NCBI GenBank assembly: GCA_964496425.1
Contig: CAZBZO010000002.1
Span: forward strand, 130,450 to 194,449
Reading direction: 5' to 3'
Origin: an uncultured Candidatus Saccharibacteria bacterium
Lineage (GTDB): Bacteria > Patescibacteriota > Minisyncoccia > Phycocordibacterales > UBA9973
DNA: 64,000 nucleotides
The notes beneath the pieces were generated by a model. The model saw only the letters and a program-made list of their open reading frames with translations. It made no database searches and had not been told where the DNA came from. Shown piece after piece: positions 57,508 to 64,000 of this stretch (its first letter is position 1; each line of letters begins with the position of its first letter). The position numbers and the translations under genes are program-made.

Positions 57508-57548
57508 TGCTGTCGATTTAGTAAGATTAAAAAAATATTTTTTTTAAT

Positions 57549-57884
57549 TTATCTTTTACTTTCCTTATTATTAACTATGGCAATGAAAGGCCTGTCAGGA
57601 AGATCATAGTGTAATTCCTCGGGAAAATATTTAAGGTTAGCAGATATTTTTTCTTTCATTTGCACTATATATTGCTTTCCAGTAAGCCAAATAACATCTT
57701 GTGGGCACTTATTAATTTTCTCAAGAAGAATTTCACAATTTCTTGTAAAAATTTCTTTTTGTGAAAAATTAATTTTCCTTGAACCAATTTCTAACGCAAC
57801 TAGAATTTCCTTTAATCGTTTTGGCTTCTTTTGCCAGCAGGCAGAAAGCAGATCAAAGAATAAAACAATATCGATCGTTTTCAT
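57549..57884 (-). CDS. Hypothetical protein (ORFan)
   Basis: 111 aa AT-rich ORF. Confidence 0.55.
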   Translation of the reverse strand: MKTIDIVLFFDLLSACWQKKPKRLKEILVALEIGSRKINFSQKEIFTRNCEILLEKINKCPQDVIWLTGKQYIVQMKEKISANLKYFPEELHYDLPDRPFIAIVNNKESKR

Positions 57885-58012
57885 GGTGAAAAGTTTATGA
57901 GGTGAAGTTAAATTTTGAATGTTTTTTACAAAATAACTCTATTTTTGTTTTTAGTCAACACAAAATAAAGACCACCCTTTAGAAGTGGTCTTTTAATATA
58001 GTTTTGGATTGT

Positions 58013-58429
58013 TTAAATTTCCTCCCCTACCTCAAGAAGAATAGGGCTAGAAAATTTGCTACGGGGGGTGAGAAATTCATTTATTAACTCAAAATCATCA
58101 TGATGCTGTATTGATCGGAGCTTATTTTTCTCATTTGCTTTTATCAATACCGTTTTCATGTCATTTTCAAACTTTTTAAAATGAGTCATTTGAATTGTTG
58201 CTGTAAAATGGTTTTCAATGCATTCTTTAAATGCTTTTACTTCAAATTTAAAAAGTTCTTTTGCTACTTCGCTTTTCATCTCTGAACATATTGCAACATG
58301 ATCATAAGCACTCACAGCTCCCATAAATGAACCTGGGTGCTTTTCCCAAAATTCTCTTATTTGTTTCAAAATCCTCTTTAAGCTTCGAGGAATTTCTTTT
58401 TTCTTTTCTTCTTTCTTTTTCCGGCGCAT
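58013..58429 (-). CDS. Hypothetical protein (ORFan)
   Basis: AT-rich ORF from MRRKKK with a downstream terminator. Confidence 0.55.
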   Translation of the reverse strand: MRRKKKEEKKKEIPRSLKRILKQIREFWEKHPGSFMGAVSAYDHVAICSEMKSEVAKELFKFEVKAFKECIENHFTATIQMTHFKKFENDMKTVLIKANEKNKLRSIQHHDDFELINEFLTPRSKFSSPILLEVGEEI

Positions 58430-58524
58430 AAGTGTAGATTTAGAAGGTGAATGTATGGGGTATGTCAAATTTAGCAATTCAGTTTTTTACATATATTACA
58501 TCGTTGTAGATTGGAGTCAATATT

Positions 58525-58553
58525 GTGTGGAATACGAGAATCGAGCTCGCGCC
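58525..58553 (-). repeat. Degenerate copy of the tRNA-Gly 3' end (att-like scar)
   Basis: GGCGCGAGCTCGATTCTCGTATTCCACAC versus tRNA GGCAGGAGTTCGATTCTCCTATCCCGCAC, 23/29 identical. Confidence 0.65.
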
Positions 58554-58575
58554 CGATGCTTGCTCGGTGACAAAG

Positions 58576-58646
58576 TGCGGGATAGGAGAATCGAACTCCT
58601 GCCTCAACCTTGGGAAGGTCGCGTCCTACCACTAAACCAATCCCGC
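58576..58646 (-). tRNA. tRNA-Gly (CCC)
   Basis: GCGGGAT/ATCCCGC acceptor stem, anticodon arm CGACC-TTCCCAA-GGTTG, TTCGATT T loop; CCA not encoded. Confidence 0.95.
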
Positions 58647-58648
58647 AT

Positions 58649-59029
58649 TTATTTAAACAAATTCAAAAAGAAAGAAACGAAACGACCATGGGGCGCTTCA
58701 GTCGGTACTGCTTCACGGACTTCTTCTGGCTCCGTGATAACAATCATTTCTTCGCCGTTTTTTACAACAGGAAATTTTTCTCGGATGATACTTTCTACCC
58801 CTTCTTCAGTCCCAAGCAGTGCCACATTGGCTTCAAGCTCGAGTTTTTTTTGAGTAAGAGCATTTGCTTTTGCCTCTGCACTCGCACTCGCCTTGCCTGT
58901 CTCATACACTTTGTGAATCATTCCGATCAAACTATAGGACAAAAGGATTACGCCGCAGGCTAAAAGCACAAACATGAGCTTGGAGTATAGAAATGGGCTA
59001 GGTTGTTTGGTTTTTTGATATTGCGTCAT
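58649..59029 (-). CDS. Septum formation initiator (FtsB/DivIC-like)
   Basis: TM, coiled coil, E..IREKF.VVK.GE. Confidence 0.8.
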   Translation of the reverse strand: MTQYQKTKQPSPFLYSKLMFVLLACGVILLSYSLIGMIHKVYETGKASASAEAKANALTQKKLELEANVALLGTEEGVESIIREKFPVVKNGEEMIVITEPEEVREAVPTEAPHGRFVSFFLNLFK

Positions 59030-59089
59030 ATCTTGCTATACTCCGGTAATATAAGGTAATCATACGAAGCTTTTCGTAATAATACAACT

Positions 59090-59197
59090 ATGTTTTTCAA
59101 TCCACGACATCGAGGAAAAATAAAGATTATTTGGGGTATCCTGACAGTTCTCATCATCATCTCTATGGTGATGCTCTACGTGCCTATCTTTAAATAA
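59090..59197 (+). CDS. Small single-TM protein (35 aa)
   Basis: MFFNPRHRGKIKIIWGILTVLIIISMVMLYVPIFK*; TAATAA/AATAAT -10-like element just upstream. Confidence 0.6.
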   Translation: MFFNPRHRGKIKIIWGILTVLIIISMVMLYVPIFK

Positions 59198-59228
59198 ATA
59201 CTCCTTAACTATCGTTTCCGCTTCGCAT

Positions 59229-59280
59229 CACCCCACAGGAAATTCCAAAACCTGATGCGCTTTGGAATTCCTACGGGGCA
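59229..59280. repeat. REP-like long hairpin
   Basis: CCCC-acAGGAAATTCCAAA...TTTGGAATTCCTac-GGGG. Confidence 0.5.
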
Positions 59281-59328
59281 AGAAGTGAGGAATAACACCT
59301 CGTTGAACCACTTACATTCCTCTCAATA

Positions 59329-61137
59329 TTAACTATCATTACCGCTTCGCATCATCTTCAAAAAGACTTCATGCGGAATGTTAACCTTACTTGATTCTTT
59401 CATTTTGGCTTTACCGCGCTTTTGTTTCTCCAAAAGCTTTTTCTTACGAGATACGTCGCCGCCGCCTACCACCTTACTGCCGTGCATAAGGACGTCCTTC
59501 CTGAAGGCTTTGATGGTTTGGCTCGCCATAATGCGTCCAAGTGCAACTGCTTGAACTTTCATTTCAAACTGTTGGCGAGGCATGATGGTATGAAGTTTTT
59601 CTACTGCTTGATCAGCTTCTTTTTCTGCACGCCGACGTGAGATGACTCGCGTAAACGCTGGCACCACTTCCCCTGCGATCAAAATATCAAGTCGCGTCAC
59701 TTCAGCTGGACGATTTTCCGCAAATTCGTATGAGATAGACGCGTAGCCCGATGTCAGGCTTTTCAAGTCGTCAAAAAATCCGCGCATCATTTCACGAAGC
59801 GGCATTTTGACTTTGACGGATGAGCGGTTGTCGCCAAAATTTTCTGTTTCGCCGACTTCACCTTCATGATCGTAGAGAAATGGCATCAGGACTCCGAGGT
59901 ATGCTCCCGGGGTGATGATCGTGACCGCGATCCATGGCTCCGAGACCGCACTTATATCACCGTCCCCTGGAAACAAATGCGGTGAATATACAATGACTTG
60001 TTTTCCATTTCTCAAAGTCACTGAGTAAGTAATCGAAGGAGTCGTAATAACAAGATCGAGAGAAAATTCTCGTTTCAATCGTTCGGTAATAATTTCAAGA
60101 TGGAGCATACCCAAAAACCCGCAGCGAAATCCCCGACCGAGAGAGCCGGATGTTTCCTCTTCAAATGAAAAAGCTGAGTCTGAGAGTTTGAGTCGGCCAA
60201 GTGCCATCCGAAGCGCGGTGAAGTCATCAGCAGATTCTGGATAGACGCTGGCCCAGACCACAGGGCGTGGCTCTTGATATCCTGGAAGCTCAGGGCTTGG
60301 ACGCTTTGCACTGGTGATAGTATCTCCCACTGATGCAATGCCGGGCTTTTTGATACCAGTCACTATATAGCCGATTTCACCACTTCTAAGCTCATTTTTG
60401 GCCATTTCCTCGGGTTTGAAAACGCCGACTTCAAGTGCTTGGAAATTTTCTTTCGAAACAGCAAACATCAGCGGGTCACGGGCACGCATTTCGCCGCCAA
60501 AAATACGCGTATAGACAATGACACCTTTATGATCATCATATTTAAAATCAAACACCAATGCCTGCAAGCCGTCGGGAGTGACGACCGGCGGCGCAATACG
60601 CGTAATGAGTGCTTCCAAAAGATCGCGTACACCCTCACCTGTTTTTCCGGACACCATGAGGACAGTATCAGGATCGATATCTAAAAGTGAAGCGATTTCG
60701 AGTTTGGTTTCTACAATGCGCGCGAGTGGGGAATCTATTTTTGAAAGTACAGGAATAATAGTCAGGCCAGCTTCGCGCGCCATACCAAGTGTCGTAAGAG
60801 TTTGCGCTTGCACACCTTGTGTCGAATCCACAAGCAAAATCGAACCTTCAACAGCTTTAAGCGCTCGAGACACTTCATATGAAAAATCGATATGTCCGGG
60901 CGTATCGATAAGATTTAAAATATATTTTTTTCCGCCGCTTTCGTATTCCATCCGTACCGGCTGCATTTTGATGGTAATGCCGCGCTCGCGTTCAAGCTCC
61001 ATAGAGTCAAGCACCTGCTCTTTCATCCGACGTTCGGGGATCGTACCTGTCACTTCAAGCATACGGTCAGCCAGCGTGCTTTTGCCGTGATCAATGTGGG
61101 CGATGATGGAAAAATTTCTAATGTGTTGTAGGTCCAT
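59329..61137 (-). CDS. lepA: Elongation factor 4 (start reassigned to MDLQH)
   Basis: IRNFSIIAHIDHGKSTLADR, DTPGH, GFRCGFLGMLH. Confidence 0.97.
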   Translation of the reverse strand: MDLQHIRNFSIIAHIDHGKSTLADRMLEVTGTIPERRMKEQVLDSMELERERGITIKMQPVRMEYESGGKKYILNLIDTPGHIDFSYEVSRALKAVEGSILLVDSTQGVQAQTLTTLGMAREAGLTIIPVLSKIDSPLARIVETKLEIASLLDIDPDTVLMVSGKTGEGVRDLLEALITRIAPPVVTPDGLQALVFDFKYDDHKGVIVYTRIFGGEMRARDPLMFAVSKENFQALEVGVFKPEEMAKNELRSGEIGYIVTGIKKPGIASVGDTITSAKRPSPELPGYQEPRPVVWASVYPESADDFTALRMALGRLKLSDSAFSFEEETSGSLGRGFRCGFLGMLHLEIITERLKREFSLDLVITTPSITYSVTLRNGKQVIVYSPHLFPGDGDISAVSEPWIAVTIITPGAYLGVLMPFLYDHEGEVGETENFGDNRSSVKVKMPLREMMRGFFDDLKSLTSGYASISYEFAENRPAEVTRLDILIAGEVVPAFTRVISRRRAEKEADQAVEKLHTIMPRQQFEMKVQAVALGRIMASQTIKAFRKDVLMHGSKVVGGGDVSRKKKLLEKQKRGKAKMKESSKVNIPHEVFLKMMRSGNDS

Positions 61138-61159
61138 GGATGTACTATACATGAATTCC

Positions 61160-62851
61160 TTACGCATGCACCTCCGGTGTATCGGTCGGAATGATTTTTG
61201 TTTTCCAGAATTTTTGATGAATGATATCTACAAGCGAGAAAAATTCTTTGTTTTTCATGAGCCAAAGCATAAAAATGCCAGCAGCGATACCTAGGATGCC
61301 CGCAAAAAATCCCTGCAAAAACACACCGATAAACGTCGTATTGGAAAAGATAAGAGCAAACAGCCCGAGTGCATGATAGGCGACAAAACCAATAAAAAAT
61401 GATGCAGCGAAGCTTTGAAATAGTGATTTTGTAAATGAAAAATCACTACCAGCTAGTATGTCTTTTTTAACTGAAAGCCATAGTAAAACAAAATTCACAT
61501 ACGAGCCCACGACAAATGCAAGTGGAAGCATTAAAATAGCTGTCCCTGGGATACCGTCAACACGAAAGAGTGATTCAAAAAAATACCGTGCGAAGGCATA
61601 ATGATTGAAGACATGAAGAAATAGGACTGCAGAAAATATTGTAACGATAGCGGCACACGAATTAATCCAGAGCGGCTTTGTCGTATTACCTGAAGCATAA
61701 TACGCACGGATTAAAATATTGATGAGATTTTGCGCCAAAAGCGACAGAGCAAACAGCCCGAGTGCCGCTGCCACCAAGCGCGTATCATCCCATGAAAATG
61801 CACCTGATCCTAAAACCACGCGCACGATCTGCGCACGCAATATCAAAAATAAAAACATGATTGGGAGCGACCAAAAAACCACCTGGCTGATCGTGCGCTC
61901 CAGTGTTTGTCTAAAACGCGCCATATCAGCGTTGTTTTTTGCTTGCACTAGTATTGGGAAAAGCGCGACCGCGTAGGAAATGCCGATGACACCCAAAGGC
62001 ACTGATTGGAGATTGAAGGAGAAATTAAAAATAGAAATAGAACCCGCTGGAAGAGTGGAAGCAATAGCAATAAGAACAATAATCGAAAAGCTAGAAAGCG
62101 ACAGTCCGATCGTACGTGGCAAAGAAATCTCGAATACCGTAAAGGCATGCTTAAAATTAAGCGTGCGAGCAATCCGCAGAGAAAACCCGGAAGTTTGAAA
62201 GGTCGGAAATTGAATGAAGAGGTGAAGTAGTGCGCCCGTGACAACACCGAGAGCGAGCCCCGGAAGACCGAGGAGAGGATAAAAAACAAATACTCCGAGC
62301 AAAATGCCGAGATTGTAAAAAAGTGGCGCGATAGAAAATACAAAAAATTTTCGAAACAACTGAGTCACCGTGCCTAGCATATTGGAAATTCCAAGAAATA
62401 TTGGGGAAAGAAGCATGATTCGAGAAGTCGAAATAAATCGCAAACGTTCTTCGGGTGAAAACCCTGGCACGACGATATGGGAAAGAAACGGCATTAAAAT
62501 AAAAACCAATGCTGAAACAAAAACGATTGTGATCAGAAACGCAGTCAAAATATTGCTGAAAAATTCTCTTGCTTCTGGCCCGACACTCCCCCCTCGAATT
62601 TTTTCTGAAAGAAATGGTAAAAGAATTGTTACCGACACAAGTGAGGCAACGGCCACATACAAAAAATCCGGTATTCGAAATGCTGCATAGTAAATATCAA
62701 GTGTTGGCGAGGGGCCGATAAAGTGCGCCAGTGCCCGGTCACGGATCAAGCCGAGGAACTGCGACAAAATAGAAAATACGCCGAGAAGAAGCGCGGTTGC
62801 ATTGATACTATTCCATTCTTTGTTAAATATTCCTAAAATTGTATTTACCAT
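61160..62851 (-). CDS. murJ: Lipid II flippase MurJ
   Basis: LGLIRDR, AAFRIPD, YN.GI, multiple TM. Confidence 0.92.
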   Translation of the reverse strand: MVNTILGIFNKEWNSINATALLLGVFSILSQFLGLIRDRALAHFIGPSPTLDIYYAAFRIPDFLYVAVASLVSVTILLPFLSEKIRGGSVGPEAREFFSNILTAFLITIVFVSALVFILMPFLSHIVVPGFSPEERLRFISTSRIMLLSPIFLGISNMLGTVTQLFRKFFVFSIAPLFYNLGILLGVFVFYPLLGLPGLALGVVTGALLHLFIQFPTFQTSGFSLRIARTLNFKHAFTVFEISLPRTIGLSLSSFSIIVLIAIASTLPAGSISIFNFSFNLQSVPLGVIGISYAVALFPILVQAKNNADMARFRQTLERTISQVVFWSLPIMFLFLILRAQIVRVVLGSGAFSWDDTRLVAAALGLFALSLLAQNLINILIRAYYASGNTTKPLWINSCAAIVTIFSAVLFLHVFNHYAFARYFFESLFRVDGIPGTAILMLPLAFVVGSYVNFVLLWLSVKKDILAGSDFSFTKSLFQSFAASFFIGFVAYHALGLFALIFSNTTFIGVFLQGFFAGILGIAAGIFMLWLMKNKEFFSLVDIIHQKFWKTKIIPTDTPEVHA

Positions 62852-62858
62852 ACATTCG

Positions 62859-64000
62859 CTATGCTACAACCAGATTGACCAGTTTGCCGGGCACGTAAAT
62901 AAAACGTTTGATTGATTTGCCAGCTAGATGAGTGTTGATCGCTGGTAGAGCAAGCACCAGATCTCTGACTTCCTCTTCTGAAGCGTTTTTGTTGGCCAGT
63001 ATCTCCCCGCGATTTTTACTATTGACCTGAACAATGATTTTGATAGTGTCGGATTCCAGAAGTGAGGGATCAAACGAAGGCCAGGAAGAAACGTGGATGG
63101 ATTTTTTCTCTCCTGCCATCATCCAAAGTTCCTCGGTAATATGCGGAGCAAAAGGAGCAAGAAGGCGAAGGAACATCTTCCAATTGTTTAGTGAAATGGC
63201 TTCAACTTTTTCCATCTCGTTCAAAAGTATCATCAATGCTGAAATAGCGGTATTGAAGCTCATGGTTTCAATATCTTCTCCAACTTTTTTAACTGTCTTG
63301 TGAAGCATCGTCTGGAAAGCTTGATTTTCAACTTTTGACTTTCCACTTTCAACTTTGACGCTCACTCGCCACACGCGCTCCAAAAATCTACGTGGGCCGA
63401 TCAAGGCTTCAGCGTTCCATGAGACAGGCTGGTCAAACGGCCCCATAAACATTTCGTACAAGCGAAGCGTGTCAGCGCCAAACATTTTCACTACATCCAT
63501 CGGATCAATACCATTACCTTTTGATTTTGAGATTTTAGAACCGTCGTCCGCTAAGATCAAACCATGCGACGTACGCTTAGCGTACGGCTCTGTAGTTGGC
63601 ACAAGCTTTATGTCGTAGAGAAATTTATGCCAAAACCGTGAGTAGAGTAAGTGAAGCGTGGTATGCTCCATGCCACCGTTATACCAATCGACTGGGGCGA
63701 AATAGTCGAGCGCTTTTTTAGAAGCAAATTCTTTTTTATTTTTTGGATCAACGTATCGCAAATAGTACCAAGAGCTCCCGGCCCAGTTGGGCATGGTGTC
63801 AGTCTCTCGCTTCGCTTGCCCCTTGCATATCGGACACTTTACGTTTACCCATTTTTTTATAGCAGCAAGAGGACTCTCCCCAGTATCGGTCGGCTGATAA
63901 CTTTTAACTTCAGGAAGCTTCACTGGCAAATCTTTTTCTGGCACTGGCACCCAGCCGTCTTTGGCACAGAAAATAAGCGGTATCGGCTCTCCCCAATATC
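62859..64000 (-). CDS. leuS: Leucine--tRNA ligase, C-terminal part (starts beyond the window)
   Basis: RYWGEPIP, RETDTMPNWAGSSWY, GGMEH..LHLLYSRF, KISKSKGN. Confidence 0.96.
   Translation of the reverse strand, partial: YWGEPIPLIFCAKDGWVPVPEKDLPVKLPEVKSYQPTDTGESPLAAIKKWVNVKCPICKGQAKRETDTMPNWAGSSWYYLRYVDPKNKKEFASKKALDYFAPVDWYNGGMEHTTLHLLYSRFWHKFLYDIKLVPTTEPYAKRTSHGLILADDGSKISKSKGNGIDPMDVVKMFGADTLRLYEMFMGPFDQPVSWNAEALIGPRRFLERVWRVSVKVESGKSKVENQAFQTMLHKTVKKVGEDIETMSFNTAISALMILLNEMEKVEAISLNNWKMFLRLLAPFAPHITEELWMMAGEKKSIHVSSWPSFDPSLLESDTIKIIVQVNSKNRGEILANKNASEEEVRDLVLALPAINTHLAGKSIKRFIYVPGKLVNLVVA

Noticed and set aside
58455-58963. Plus-strand ORFs spanning the tRNA, and other long antisense ORFs such as 36455-37186
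   Set aside because: Shadow frames opposite well-supported genes or the tRNA
1-64000. Alternative genetic code (TGA read as Gly)
   Set aside because: Conserved genes are intact under code 11, and TGA terminates lexA at the expected position

Overview
About 64 kb of chromosome from a small-genome bacterium, most consistent with Parcubacteria (Patescibacteria/CPR). Supporting signs are CPR-typical hypothetical families, compact AspRS and AlaRS, MYG1, a PaaX/Cas2-like regulator, no amino-acid biosynthesis genes in the window, and standard code 11. The backbone is housekeeping: cell wall (mraY, murE, PBPs, murJ), scpAB, aspS/trpS/cysS/alaS/leuS, dnaB-recR, dnaJ/dnaK/grpE, lexA-dinB, the infA-rpmJ-rpsM-rpsK-rpsD-rpoA-rplQ-rplM-rpsI cluster, mnmA, obgE, rmuC, lepA and tRNA-Gly(CCC). 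AT-rich ORFans are scattered between these genes. The most striking signal lies outside the ORF track: 7.0-14.5 kb holds a dense set of amino-acid-sensing RNA controls. These are an Arg-Arg leader-peptide attenuator before a Zn-dependent deaminase; a HisR/YerC repressor with tandem operators whose His-rich C-terminus appears to double as an attenuator leader; a second His leader before a PRTase-like gene; a TrpR operator plus Trp attenuator before a DUF6875 gene and a Cys/Trp-rich peptide; and an ultrashort-stem-I Asp T-box before aspS. The attenuators gate non-biosynthetic cargo rather than his/trp/arg operons. Many genes appear to be leaderless. All RNA structures were paired by eye and family calls come from motif recognition; no searches were run.
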